The translations under genes and the position numbers were made by a program. A model generated the notes under the pieces. That model was not told where the DNA came from, ran no database searches, and saw nothing but the letters and a program-made list of their open reading frames with translations. A stretch of DNA of 64,000 nucleotides from Raillietiella orientalis (lineage: Eukaryota). Below are positions 1 through 13,540 of the stretch, piece by piece; the first letter of the stretch is position 1; each line of letters starts with the position of its first letter. The stretch is taken from contig JAYWIR010000004.1 of NCBI GenBank assembly GCA_036172245.1, positions 2,666,001 through 2,730,000 on the forward strand, written 5' to 3'.

Positions 1-118
1 GAGAGAAACGGAATCCGAATCCCTCCTGGATTCATAAGGCAGACCCCTCCCGGGGTACTCTCTATCTTGAAGAAATTACCCACCCTTAGGTGGCGTGGAA
101 CCGTGTCGAAGAACTGCA
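1..118 (-). mobile_element. Partial copy (putative 5' end) of a dispersed repeat family also present at ~10.1-10.4 kb and ~20.3-20.7 kb
   Basis: Shares CTGGATTCATA(A/G)GG ... CTA(T/A)CTTGAAGA ... CGTGGA ... GTGTCGAAGA with 10332-10419, and the first blocks with the reverse complement of ~20270-20365. Confidence 0.7.
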
Positions 119-429
119 AAGATAGAAAAGAAAGGATTTCCATCATCCGTGCATCACCATTTCCAATGATCGCAAAAGCAGATGTCGCAGGGAGGCAAAG
201 ATTCTCCACACGCATTTCTGGAATGCAGACCAGGACTCAAAAGCCTCCTGCAGCCGGGCATTCAAATTCGATGGGCAGCTGGAGATCGACGCTTGGAGTG
301 CCACTAGAGGTACCCTAAGTGCCCTAAGATAATCGGGTGAAAACGGTGACTGAATTTCGTGACAGTAAGGCTTATGTGACCTCTTACAAGTGGATCGTAT
401 AAACGCATTACCACCAATCAGCTGATGAC

Positions 430-860
430 GAAAGCTGCCATTCAAGTGATTCTAACGTATGCATCTTTTTGATTGCAAAGTCACTTTAGGTGATCTTCGG
501 GGCAGCAAAGGCACCTGGGGTCATGATCATGATCCTTCAGAATTACTGGAGAGCTAGCCATTGTCCTTATGCTCGGGCACTCTGCATTTTATGTGCTGAA
601 AGGATACCTGAATATCCAGGAAATCTAACCTCTACCAGATTTCGAAGGTAGTCTGGCTTTAGATGCGAGAATGACCCAACATGCACCCATGGGCATTCTG
701 TATGACTTCGGATATGCACAGTTGACCAAATTTCAACTTAACATCCAGGAAATATCAGCCTTAGCATGAAGGGAGCTGAACAAAGAAATAGGTCTGGGCA
801 TCATATCGGGACGAGATCTTTCACCGGACAACTGGACAAAAGTGCCCCTTGCGGGGCAGC
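430..860 (-). mobile_element. Highly decayed LINE reverse-transcriptase relic
   Basis: Minus-strand peptides RPISLFSS (cf. RT 'RPISLL') and LVEVRFPGY (cf. 'L..GFP..F'), with many stops. Confidence 0.3.
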
Positions 861-998
861 GCTCATCGGAAAGCGCCCCTGAATTTGGAGTTAAAAAAAA
901 GTCAAAATGAGTTCTTTCATACATCTCAACAGTGCAAAACATCCGAAAGCCAAAAATACTCACCAGCATCTGAATTTGCCGTCTGTTGTTTAATTTTC

Positions 999-1140
999 AT
1001 ACTTTAAGTTTAGAATACTTAAAGTTTAGAATGGATTCAGTTTCATCAAAAAGACTGCTGTTTAGAATACTTGGTTTGAAATGGATTTTTAAAATACAAG
1101 GTTTGGAAAGGATTCAGCTTCATTATCTTTGTAGAATACG
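999..1140. repeat. Degenerate short tandem repeat (GTTTAGAATAC/GTTTAGAATGGATTC-like units)
   Basis: atactttaagtttaga atacttaaagtttaga atggattcagtttcat ... gtttagaatacttggtttgaaatggatt ... gtttggaaaggattcagcttcat. Confidence 0.6.
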
Positions 1141-2150
1141 TTCTCTCTTGGTATCTTGAACAGTAGAAATTTCCATTGAATCTTCTAAAAAGCCAATTTT
1201 CAAATCTACAGTTTGCAATTTTGAAATCTGCCAATGGACAAATTTGTTTTTGCGGCTGAATTGATTGATTTGCCCAACAAAGGTACTTTCGTTTCAGGAA
1301 GCGGAAGTAGTTTCACACTGCTTTTGCTCTCACTGCCTTTCAAATCAAATATTCTTCTAAATGATCCCTTTTTTACACCAATCAGCAGTTGCATTCGATT
1401 TGCCAGTCCCGGAACAAGCATTTTCAACCAAAGGGATCATTGTCCACCGTTCCCTGTCCTGACAAATTTGCTCTCTACAGATGAGATTCGACTGCGAGCG
1501 AAATGAGGCAACTGGAACAAACAACCTGATGCGGTGTTTATAATGAAATTTAAGTTTGCAAAAGTGAGGAATACATCTTTCACAATCGAAAGCCAAGAAC
1601 TCACTAAACTGCGTTCAAGTCTTACATGCCTGCGGGATAAAAACCACCGGAAATCTTAACGATTTGTACTTTCTTATGTGAAAATCCAGGACCCGAATCA
1701 AGAATGCATCCAGCAGATTCATCCAACGGATCTGGCAGCACAATCTGGATTTTCAAAAAATGCTGTTGCTAACGGCAACAGTGAGCCACTCAAACGGATC
1801 CGGAGCGAGCGCACTGAATGCGGACCACTTCAGGGATTCCATTCAGGCGTCCACATGTATCCTGGGGGTCACAACTCGGCACACCATTTAGTACTTTCCA
1901 CTTGGCATCATGGGCAAACGTTCTCACGAAAATTCTCACTGCTGTACCTTCAATTCCAAAAGAAAACTTAGCATGGCTGGTTTAGTGCGAGCCTCTCATT
2001 CTTCATCACAAATTTCACATGTTACGGAAGGATGGACCCGAACAACGACACCGGGGAAACAGAATGAATCCTTGAAAATTTATTCGAACTGAGAAAGAGC
2101 AATCTGGTTTCTGTGATGTTACTGTCGTATCTCCCCTTGGTCATCATGTG

Positions 2151-2237
2151 CAAGGACAAGCCGATCGGATTGGGCCTGTAGGGAGCTCTTGTTGAGAACA
2201 ACCCTATTCTACCGCCACGCAGTCGGGGAGGAGCCAC
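2151..2237 (-). pseudogene. TRMO: Fragment of tRNA (adenine(37)-N6)-methyltransferase TRMO/TsaA (YaeB family)
   Basis: VAPPRLRGGRIGLFSTRAPYRPNPIGLSL matches the TsaA/TRMO signature (V.PPRL.G...G.F.TRSP.RPN.IGL.L). It has no usable splice acceptor or donor, and I found no other TRMO segments in the window. Confidence 0.8.
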
Positions 2238-2263
2238 TATTGTTTCTATGACTTCCATTTTCT

Positions 2264-3750
2264 TTGCTTCTGCACTATTCGCACTTTTTCCGATGCCTGA
2301 GGCATGACTTCACACAGATCAATGCAGGAGAGCTTACAAAAAGAAGCATCGGCAACCACGTGGCAGAGAGGTTGCGTGGAATGGCCACAACCTGTGGAGT
2401 GGCTCACTGGTTCCATCAGACTTATTTGGACCTGTGGCAAGGATCTTCTCTCCTGTTCAACGTGTCTTTCGAGCTGTTCCTCCGCAAGATCAGGACCATG
2501 TACGGAAACCGTGCTTCGTTCCTCGTTTATTTGGACGATCCCCTTCCGTTCGTTGGCCGAGTCGCCATCCAGACTGCAGGAGCAACTCAACTTCAAGATC
2601 CATGAGAGAATACCTGTATGACCGTCAATCAGCGCTAATGAGCTAAACTCTTCAATGGAGCAACAACACTCCTTGAGGCATGCCAGCAACATCACTATCC
2701 ATAAATCACTCGATAATTCTCTGAACTGGCACATCTTAAGCACGTAAGCATCTGAGCAACTCGTTCAGGTTCGATCCACTCGGAGCAAATACAAGAAAAG
2801 AGCAGATGGTAGCTATGCAGGAGAATCCTGATGGACTGTGGGTATCTCTCCGGCAGAAAATGAAGCAGCGAACATATCCTTCTTTCCAGCTTCAACTCAT
2901 CTCCAGCGGCTTGCCATCTTCTCTAGGAGCGTTCATCGATCTCAAGACAACTCATAAGCGCTACTTCAACCCAGATAGACGAGCATTATAGGGGAAAAGC
3001 ACAAAGAGATGCCTCCCCCTGAGCAAGTTAGCAGATGACGCAGATCTCTTCGTGGCAGACAGCTGTTTTAGACTGTTGATATCCTCCGATCTCTTCGTCT
3101 CAGACCCATTCAAATCCACGTTGTGGGAGCAAGAAAATTTTAGCATCACTCCCAGACGATTACCTGAGTAGATACATGTCCCGGAAGACATCAACGAAGA
3201 TGACCCGATTCATCAACAATGCAGAGGCATCAAGAATGGGGAGTGTCGGAAGACAGGCTCCCGGCAGAATGAACATTCTCTGGTCCCTCACGGAGCAACC
3301 TCAGTTTGTCATCGGAGGGTCAATGTATGACAGAAACATCAGGAAGATGATTGCGTCCGGCGTGCGAATGTTCCTAAGCATGATGATTCAAGAATACCCA
3401 ACCAAAAAGAGGACTATGTCCTATGTGAGACCTCATTGTGCTTCAAGTTACTTCTTGTTTTCTGGTGAGTTTCTTATTCTTGGACTAACAAATCCTGCAT
3501 AAGACCCAACTGAACCTTCTGACCAGAGGAGGAGCATCCAGGAGACAAGATAAAGATCAAAAGATGCATCGCGTTTGACGAAACACTGCGCCATCTCCTC
3601 AATCATTGTATGCAGCATTCTCATTTCTTCGTGCAACAGCACGACGCAGTCGTCGACTGCGTCACGGAAGCATCAAGAGGGGAAACGGGAGATTATCGCC
3701 AGAGATCAATTGGTTCCAGACGTTAATTGGTGTCTCTAAGTCTTGATTTT
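2264..3750 (+). mobile_element. 5'-truncated, decayed LINE (3' half of ORF2)
   Basis: ORF 2264-2605 contains WQGSSLLFNVSFELFLRKI...FLVYLDD (RT 'QG.PLSPLLF' and 'YADD' motifs). The downstream frames are broken; the right boundary is approximate. Confidence 0.65.
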
Positions 3751-6509
3751 GTTCTCAGAGAGAAAACAAAGCCATAGTTCTGATCGCGGGATGACTCTTC
3801 GACAAATTCCCGAAAAAATTCAGAATAACGCGAAAATTTAAGGAGAACAAATATCGCCAAATCTCTTCCCAGCTCTCCTCCAAGGGGATTGTAATATATC
3901 TTCACGCATTCTTCTTGATGGATCACTAGGATCCTGGCATCTAGACAGCGAGCAAGTGATTCAGCACCTGCAGATTCCTCTTCGATACGCAGATTGCGTG
4001 AGGAAAAACATGGTTTCCTCTGAACTGAATTCAGAGAAGTACACTAAAATACAACGATGTCGCAAGGGATTCTCCAGCAGAAGAAGAGGAACAATCAGTA
4101 GTAGCGTGAGGTTCCCACCATAACGAACAACTAGCGACAGTGAACCATAGTGATATGGCCTATCGATCCCGGCGCAGATGCGAAAGGTGGGGAAACTCGG
4201 CCAGCAAATCCCGGAAGGAACGAAGAGATGCAAAGAATGCTCCACATGGAGATCCGGTTTGTTATTTCTCTCATTTCGCTTATAAAAGCAGGTGTTTCCC
4301 CAGAAACGTTTGTGGCGGTAAAAGCTGCTTGAAAAGATGCACTGCTCGAAGCCGCCTGTAGCTCGGCAACGTCGTGAATCTGCTTAGCCACAGCTGACTG
4401 ACATCAGGAAATTACAGCCTAGATCTCGGACAAAGTCCCTGAACGACTGGCGGACTGGATTGAAAAATGGTATCCAAGCTTGGGAAGCGTGGCGAAAGAC
4501 ACGCTTTTCTACTTCTGCAACGACGTCCAATGAAAACAGGGATGAAGTACACTGAGCTTGGAACCCGACCTTCTTGTTGCAACTTCTCCAAACATCAAAC
4601 CCATATTTTCAAACATCACGAAACGGCGCCAGTCACAGCGATGGATTAAATTGTATGGAGGAGTGTGCCTTTCTTTCGTCATCCTGTCTACATCGTTAAT
4701 CTCCTAGTAAACACCGAAAGGATGTACATACATGATGATGCCTATGAGGTGAATGTGTTATTTACTTTGGTATGCATGACGACATCCGCGTGAAGCTTGG
4801 AGACCATTGCTGGAGATCTCCATTAGGCACTCCGCGTATCTGTTCTCTCTGTCTCCCCCTAGTAGTAGTTGACCCCTGGTGGAAAACGCTAGCTAAGCAT
4901 GCGCTGCCTCCATCCGCTTGTCTTCAGATCACAAGACTTGCCGATCCATCCATCAACGAAGGTGATGCCTCAAACTTATTTTCATCTTTCACAAAGTACC
5001 GTGGATGCCGTTCTTGCACGTATGGAAAGCAGGACAACCCTGATGCCGCAAAACTCTCTGCTGTGTGTTGATGGAGTCGAGTAAAAACGGTATCCAAAGT
5101 GTCCCGGAATGGTAAGAAGACGTCGCTCAAGCCACACTCACTTCCACCAAGATGTATCGGCAAGATGAAAATAAGCGGTCGCCGAATTCGGAAGAGTCAC
5201 TACAGTCATTATCAATCTCAGTGAATAAGAAGATGCAACGTAATTAATGTTCTGGAGGTGTGATTGATAACGGATACAACAATAAATGGGGGACAGTACA
5301 GCATCACGAACACACAAGATGTGTGGGGAAACAAACGATCCCTTTGCACCTCAAAATTGAAGAGATTATAATAATTATATAGAATTTGACCAACATGTGA
5401 CGAAATTTAATTCGTGTTTCGATTTGCCTTAGTGGTCGGTTTGGCAGTTGATTGGGTGTTCCCTCGAGGAAAGCTGACCATCTGAACGGCCGGATAGACT
5501 AGATGAACCTACTGGGCAAAACGCCACGAAAATATCAAGATGCTGGTCTGACAATCATCCGTTGCAGCCTACTACCGAATGGAAATAGCCTCAACACCGC
5601 AGGATAGTGATCATAATAGGAAGAAGAATCCGGTTTCAATCTCCAAGTACCAAAAATGCTGAAGCACATGATGAAACTGACACATCCCTCACTGCCCTTA
5701 TATGAACCGTGCTACAATCACGACTTCTGTGGATCTCTGTGGATTTGAAGTCTTACTTCCCTTTGTTACAGACATCACAAGTGGATGACATTCGGTTACG
5801 AACCGAACCCAAAGACTGCCGTGCGGGCGTCAAACATCCGAAAGAAGTAACGGTAGTCCCCTGTTGAATACACCTTCTGTTTAAAGCATGCAATTACGAT
5901 GATTCTTTTTGTGTATGAAATGAGACATCATCGGTTCTCGCAAATGAAGTGCCATTTACGCGAAACAGTCTGCCAAATTCAGCCGTGCACCATAAATTCC
6001 TAAAACAACATATGAAGAAGGAAGGCCTCAAGAAGTAGAGGACTACGAGGAATGCAGCAGTGTGTTTTTGAAAGTACACGGTAAACTTCCAATGCATGTA
6101 TATAGAGTCGAAGGAAGGCAATAAAATTGGCATCCCTGATTAAAACAAACGTCCCCTTCACATTAGGAAACAGTTCGTGGGAGTTTGCAAAATGCAAGCG
6201 GAGCAGCCAATCCGGTGAAAACACAGCAACATGACGAACGCAGGAAAATGTTCTGGACCAAACAGTAAATTAACACACAGCTAGATCGTGGAGAGCAAAG
6301 CACCAGCAGAATGCAGTGAGTTCGATCTTCTCACGGAGGACTGTGACGAGGTACGCACGACGAGGATGCGTGGAATGAATTCATGCTTTCGGTAATAACA
6401 TGAGCCACAGTAATTGGGTCATCAGCAACCTCCCAAAAAGGAGCCAAGACCACTAACACCGCAGATCGAAATGATGCATGGTAATATTGCCAGAAAAGAT
6501 GCAAGCATT

Positions 6510-6800
6510 AACAACCTCACCTATCCACGTAATCAAGGAAGCGTTTTTCGGTGCACTGTGCTGTGTGGCTGAGTAGGAAGAGCTTTGCGATGCGATCCGT
6601 GTCATTCTGGCCCAATTCGCATGCCAATGATCTTGGGGGTTTCAGCGCTCGTGGCCCCGATCCCAAGAAACAGTGAACAGAGGCTTCTTCGGCATTAAAT
6701 TTTTCACATTCCTGATTAGAGATCACTATGTGAACATCTCATGTGCAGAGCAACTCTGCCACCTGATCGGCAGAATGCAAGACACGAAACTCGGGGCGCA
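6510..6800 (+). mobile_element. Ty3/Gypsy LTR-retrotransposon pol relic (RT C-terminus/connection)
   Basis: KSFAMRSVSFW...GPDPKK followed by RGFFGIKFFTFLIRDHYVNI resembles Gypsy 'KC.F....V.FLG....G..PDP.K...LR.FLGL.N.YRRFI..YA.I'. Confidence 0.45.
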
Positions 6801-8779
6801 TCAAATACTGAAAAATGTAGTTGCTTGGAAACGAAATTCGATCTCAAGTATGATCGTGCATCTAGGAAACAGATCTCTGGAGCTATGGGAGCGTGAAAGT
6901 GGCGGGAAGGTACGCGAATCAGGCAATCTTCAGGAACAGTAGTCGAACGCGCGCCATCTTTACAAATTCACGTTGGCTGCCTTTGACAAAAAGCACGCGT
7001 CCCGCGTGCGTGTTGGAGCCCATTTGCTCACGTTCGCGTGCGCAGGTGTCCTCCGCGTAGGTGTTTGCGATTTGTAAACCCAAACGGATGGAAGCTGGAA
7101 CGAGTGCTGACAAGCAGCAAATTCGGCTCACCCCTGTCCTCAATGCTCATCCGACCAAATTTCCAAAAACGGCTGCCGGCCCTTCCTCTATGGAGCTTTT
7201 CAAAAGCTCAGATCGTTTTGCTCCTGACTCCTTGACGTTCTTTGCCAGCACCACCAACTGAGTCAGGTAGAAAAAAAAAAAAAAAAAAAAAGAAGAAAGC
7301 AGCGTGCCACCGTTACGCGCGAGCTCTTGAAGAAAAGAGGATCCAAAATTTAATGGATTTTGATTGCCGTCGCGTTCGGACAGTTTCGTGGGTCAGACAA
7401 CATGTTTATAAACTTTTTCAAAGTCCGTGTCCTCGTGTTTGTATTTTTCTGAACATCTCCAGCATCACAGCATTCGAGTGTCTTCGTTGGTGGTACACGT
7501 GATCATAGCATGCGCGGTTTCCATACAGAAACTTCCAAGTGGCTTTCAGGAGGTTGATCGTTTCGAAAAGTAGAGACCTCAGCTGGGCTGATACAGGACG
7601 CGAGATGGATGGAGACTGAGGATGCGAGCTGAATTCGATTTATGCCAAGTAACAAATGAGAGAAAATCATTTCTTTCTGTTGTTCTTATATCCTTCGCCT
7701 CACAATATCCTTTTGTTTGTGTCTTTTTTTTCCCCCTCTGTATATAAAATTCACCGTGGCCTCTGTTCTAACTGCTGGAGTAATTCGGCACATTCACAGA
7801 GCAGCAGCGTCCGCGGTTTTCTCCATCAGCCACACACAGCTTTTCCGAATTCGCCCTTCGTTCTGATATAAGGAGGGGCACGCGCTTTCATCTTGGAAAC
7901 GAAATCAACACCACGACTGCATCCCAAGTGTGTATTTTTTCGAAGACTAGAAAACGGGGAGAGAGGACGGTGGGGGGGGATCATCACGACGAAACTTGAT
8001 CATGTGTGATTTGGGAACTAAAGTGCAAGGAGGCTGAGATTTCGTGAGACTGAAATTGCATGAGAAACGTGATCAAGGCACAACGTCATCGCGCTGAATC
8101 ACGAATTCTGGTGAGAAGCTGTGTGGATGAAATCAGTGAAGGGAATGCAACCGCTCCTCGGTAAGTCTGTCCGTTTGAAGACTCGAATCCTCAAGGAGCA
8201 CAGACTCTGGCGTTCCGTGTGGAGCGAAGACTGTCCCACTGTTCGGATAGATCACGCGGCTGTGTTTTCTGTCGGGTAAGGTGCACTGGCCTGCTGAAAC
8301 TTCCGGATTTCATTACAAGGAGCTCCTCCATCCAGGATACCCGGGAAACTCCAAAGGGGGCGGCGGTTCGACTGCTGCCTGGCTTTCCGAGCTGTTGTGT
8401 TCCGGCGGGAGCATTCATTCTCGTCCACCTGCTGCAATGAGGGCACTCTCGAAGACGTCCTCCTCCTCTTCTTCCTCTTCCTCCCGCATCGAATTCGGAA
8501 AGCAATCGAGGGATGGGGGAAAAAAGGATCCCTCATGCACCCGCGGCGGTCTGCGGAGGACAGTGGGAACACGACACTCCTCATCAAGCGAGCGGGGTCA
8601 CTTGCTCTTCCACGTACCAATGCGCGCCACATCCCCATTGTGGTCCAACTGGTGATTCCCTCTCGGGCACCGCGATTTCTGCAACTCATCACACAACACA
8701 GCACACTTCAGTTTCTCCCCATTGAAAAATTTATAGATTCTTCCGTAGACACACGGACTGCGTTGGCAGCCCGCGCGTG

Positions 8780-10430
8780 GCACAAAGCGTTGCGTGTTCG
8801 AATCCCTATGTGGACGATCGACACCGAGAACGGGGGGTGCGTCGTGGGTTTCCAGTCTTCCCCGCAGGATGATTCTGGTTGGCCTGTAGGCTTCGGGTGC
8901 GGTATCGGTGGGAGACGGAGACGGATGCCCCCGTCGACTAGCCGGGTTTGGAAGCGGACTACCGGTGTCCTTCTAGTGGAGTCTCTTCGCGGCCAGCAAG
9001 AAGCTGCTGCGGCCTCTCGGCCTCCCCTTTTGTGGGGCTTCCAGGATCAACAGGAAGGCCAATATCCGACTACACGAGGCTCTCCGTGCGCCGCCTGCCG
9101 TCCTCAGGCCGACCAGTCCTTCAGGTCACGGATATCTTGCCCGCGGCTTCCGCTCCTCCGCATTCTGGCCGGAGAGGCGGCGGTCGGCCTCTTCCTGCTG
9201 CCTTCCGAGACGAGTGACCCCGTCGAGGTCGCCGTCACAGCGGCCAAAGAGGTTCCGGAAGGGGGAACGTTGGACGAGCTGGATTAGGGGTTGTCCGCCT
9301 GCTAGCGAGCCCGGTGTGGTGGCACGTGGGGAACAGCGCCCTGGGTGCCATGATCATGGACTGAAGGACGCACGGCATGGTCGCCGTCGGGAGAGGGACC
9401 CGAATGAGGAGCGTCATCCGGGTGTCCAGGATAGTCCTGTAGCATACCGAGCACTCGCCGCTCGTCGGGGAGAAGGCGGCGCCGTCCGCCGCGCGGACCC
9501 GGTCGTCCCACTCCCGGAGGGACGCGAATGCCAACACAGCTTCTGTGTTGGTAGTTGCGAGAGACTGCCCAGAGAACGGTCCTCCAGCCCCCCTCTTCCA
9601 GAAAGCGACGCCCGACCTTCTCTCCCACTGCGGACCCTACAGTTTGCGCTCAGCTACGTCCCTCTGGGAGGGGACACCCGGGACACCATCGGCATGATCG
9701 TCACGGACTCGGGGTGATGATGGGGTAAAGAATCGCCGTCCACCAACGGGACGAAGTTCAAGATCCCCAGAAGAGTCGGCGACTCCCCCGTTCCCGGATC
9801 GGGGGCGTACGTGGACCGGGACGTCGTAGCGGCCGCTACTAGGGCGTAAGGGGACGTCCTCGTGTGCACTTCGTTCCCAGGTAACGCGTCCGGCGGATGC
9901 CGGTGCATCTCTGAGGTAACCAGCCCCGCAGTTTCGTCGCCGCGGAGATGATGATACCCAACGCCCCCGAGGCTGCCCGCAGAACCCTCGCGCGCATCTC
10001 CAGGAATTAAGGAGCCGGCTCCCTTCGGGGCTCCCCTCCGGTTGTGAAAATGGAGCCGTACCGTCGCGTACCATGGAGTTCGTTGATACCACCCCCCTAG
10101 GGGTTACTTCTCCAGAGTGTAAGGAACTCCCTTCTCCCCTCGAGAAGTGCCCTTCAGGAAAATTGGGAAACCTCCCCTTCGGGGTTCTCTCCAGAAGAGC
10201 TGTTCCCTTGCGGGGGATCCTTCCGGGAAGAAATGAGTGGCCTCCTCCGAGGAAAATAAGGAAGAGGTGGTTTCTTTCGGGGTTCCCTCCCAAGCGTAAG
10301 AAGGGAACGGACTCCTTCCTCAGGGGCCTTTCTGGATTCATAGGGTGGTCCCTGCGGGGTCACCCCCTAACTTGAAGAGTTGATACGTACCCCCGGGTGA
10401 CGTGGACAGTGTCGAAGAGCTTTTTTAAAG
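8780..10430 (-). mobile_element. Putative 5' UTR plus decayed ORF1 (gag-like) of a Tx1-type LINE, antisense
   Basis: 10100-10425 is homologous to the reverse complement of ~20270-20710 and to 1-118. The minus ORF 9235-9537 has RTILDTRMTLLIRVPLP...RALFPTCHHTGLASR, resembling a decayed Tx1 ORF1 zinc-knuckle region. Confidence 0.5.
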
Positions 10431-10559
10431 GTGGACCTCCCTTAAAGGAGTCGGACGGTTCTTCAGCACCAAAGAAAAAGAACAAAAAAGGAAACCAGAG
10501 GGAAAGCAGTGAAAACAGAAGAACCCAAAAGGATTACCCTCATCAGAAATATGCAATTC

Positions 10560-13540
10560 TCCCTCCCAAGCCTGGAGCCTGCCAGGGGACTGGTCGAAGC
10601 TTGCGGGAGCAGCGGAGCATCTCCGCGCATTCCTGCGAGGGTTCGAACTGCGGGCGCTCGAGGACTGGGACGAAATGAAGAGTTCAGTCCGAGAGTTCTG
10701 CGACCGGTTCCCACTGGAGCGTCTTCCACCAGGTTTTGGAGAGGGATTGAAGAACGAGCGGAGTACCTCCACTCCCGTCGCTACTGCAGGAATCCGACGT
10801 CCGACGCCTGGCGGAATACAAAGCTGGGGTCGAGAGACAAGCCTGGCAATCCGGGTCGGCCAGCTTGCTGGACGACCAGGATCAGGAACATGTGGACCCG
10901 GTTCAGGTAAGCTAAATCTTGAGAAACTTTTGCTCCTTCCTTCCTGTACGCGAAGGTATCCCCAGAGGGTATCTCCACCAACGGAAAGCACTAGGAGAGG
11001 ACGGCCTATCTGCGGAGTTCTAACGAGACTTCGAGGCAGATCTTGCCCTCCTGGTGCATTCCTATGCATGCTGATCCGCGAACGGGGCGAGGTACCCGCC
11101 TCGTTCTGGTTAGCAAGAGTACATCTCCCACCTAAAACAGGAGACTTGCGCGATGTTGGCAACTGGCGCCCGATCACTGTGGTGAACACCGACGCCAAGT
11201 TGCTTGCCAAACTGTGGGCGGGGCGGCTGGGATGGGTGGTCGGATCCGTGATCAGTCCGGAACAGATGTACGCTGTTTCTGGACGGACCGTGGAGGTCAG
11301 CCTGTTCCTCGCGAGCACATGGTGGCAGTTGCAACAGCAGGTTGTGCCAACGGGTCACGAAATCCTGAATTCTCCTCTGACCAGGGAGAGGAAGGCCACC
11401 AAGGATCAGACGCGCCTGGAGTCCTTGAGGTCGCGGTCGATCTGCGCCAAACTTTTAACTGAGTCGGCCAGGAACTATTTCTGGAGGGATCTCCAGGAAC
11501 GCTTGGGATTCCCGTCTGTTTTCCTGGCCTATCTGCACTCCTGCTGGCTCAATGCAATTATTAACATCTTTTTTAGCGGTTGGCTCTCGTATGGCGTGCC
11601 CGTTCGCCGCGGCATTAGGCAGGGTGACTGCCTCAGTCCCCTACTCTTCTGCATCTACTTCGAGTTGGTGCTGAGAGCATACAGGGAGACTCTGGCAACC
11701 CTGCCGGGATCGTGTCCGGGAACGCCTGCCGTCTCGGCTTATGCTGACGATCTTGCTCCCCATGTTCACCCCGGCGTCTGCACTCGAAGAAGCCCTCGGG
11801 CTTCTTCGAATTGCTCAGTCGTGGGATCGGAATTGAGGTGAACAGGGCGAAGTCGTCCATAGTTCAGATGGGTACGACGTGAGCCTACGGCCGGACTGGA
11901 TCCGCTTGATGATCCCCACGGGCAGGTACTTCAAGTACCTTGGCGTTCCGTTGGTGGACTTCTGCATAGCAGAAACCTGGTCCGACCGTCATTAAAAGGT
12001 GGGGATGGCGCTCGGCCCGTTCCTGAACGGCAGGTTTTGCTTACTGGAGGGATCGCGGTGTAGAATTCGTTTGCGGCTCCTCCTCCCCCTGCTTTTTGTT
12101 TGCCCCGCCTCACCTGACGTCAAAGGGAAGACCAAGGACCTCCTGAGGAAGGCCTTGTTGGGCACAGGGGTCCAGAGTCCGACTCAAAGACTTGTGTTCT
12201 CCTCTTAAGGATGATGGACTGGGCCTCCTTAAGCTGGAGAGAGTGGAGCTCCAATTCAGAAGACTCGCCCTCGCGTAGAGATTATGGACCTCGCCCTGGT
12301 GCGCACCAGCACGGCTCCTCGAGAAGACAGCATCCGGCTGCGAAAGACTCACACCCATCCTCGTCGCTCGTGAGAGATTGCTGAGGCATTGCGGATAACA
12401 ACTCTGCCAGATGGTTGCTATGGTGGAGGAGAAAACCTGGATCTTCTGCCTTCCCGCGAACTGCATTGCCTTGCTTCAGGAGTCGGTCTTCGCCTAGGGA
12501 AAGTTCCACGGCGCGAACGAGGGTTGACTCCTGCCTGCAGCGAGGAGTCAACCCTCGCATGTCGTTGAAACAGATCGTCCGCAACCCACAGAAGATGCAT
12601 CTATCCCTCTTGCTCTAGTGCTGTCCTCCCTAAGGGACGCAAGGGACAGCGTAATTCCGGCAAGGTGGAAAGTGACTTGCTGCATAGCGGCAAAGAAGAA
12701 ATTTTGGGGAACTGGACAACTCGGGAAGTGACGGGACTCGTACGCTGGTTTAGTCTGCCGACATCCTTTTGGATGAGGTGAGATGGCCTCCAGAGTGCTG
12801 AAACAGTGGCGCTCTCCCCCTCGAGTGGCAGGAGTCAGCATTGCTCGTGTTGCATGGGGGAATCCTGTGTGAAGCACGCCTTCACCACTGGACACCTTTG
12901 AGCGTGGGTGCTCCGTGCTACAGGTGCGGGCAGAAGGAGACCCTCTCATACCTGCTGTTGGGCTGTGCTACCCTCTGACCCCTTTGGTATCACCTCGCAA
13001 CGATCCTAGTAATCCCGGCGGGAGGCCCCAGGGACATTTTTAAACGCCTCTTCGTGCACGGTGCCGCACTGCCACCAGCCGCGTTCCTCGCAGTTCTCCT
13101 CTGTCCCGTTCGCGGGATCGTAGCAGTCTGGAAGGCAGGAAGAGGCCGAAATGGCAAGGACGCCATCCATTGGGCGCGGATCTCCTGACGGCTGCCTCGA
13201 GGTGGCCCCACCTGGACGTTATCCGCACGGAACTTGCCGGCACTCTGAACAAGATGCAGAGGACCCCTGACAGCGTACCGTGATCCCTTCCTCGGTCCCC
13301 CCCCGCTTCCCGTGTTAATTTCTCCTCCCCTGTTTTGTTTGTTTATTTTTTTTGTTTTTGTTTCCCCCCTTCCCCCACTCTGCCAAAGCGGACCTCGCCG
13401 GTCTGCGCACCAGTCTTTGGGGGGTTCATTGTGCGTGGTTCTACCACACCTATGTATTTTTATTACCTTATATAAATGCATCGGCATAACTGAGTGACAA
13501 TCATCAGAAATACATGCATTAAATGTAAAAAAAAATTTTT
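10560..13540 (+). mobile_element. L1-Tx1 clade LINE, ORF2 (linker, RT, C-terminal Cys-rich motif) and 3' UTR; frameshifted and inactive
   Basis: Motifs seen: WDEMKSSVREFC; KTGDLRDVGNWRPITVVNTDAKLLAK; RRGIRQGDCLSPLLF; SAYADD; KYLGVP (~11933); DGLGL (~12215); CYRCGQKETLSYLLLGC (12916-12966). A T-rich 3' UTR and short A tract follow near 13530. Confidence 0.93.

Noticed and set aside
10675..11841. Intact, active or domesticated reverse transcriptase (or a prokaryotic retron/group II intron RT)
   Set aside because: Motifs are of the eukaryotic L1/Tx1 type and the ORF is frameshifted, lacking an in-frame DxxKAFD motif, so it is a dead copy.
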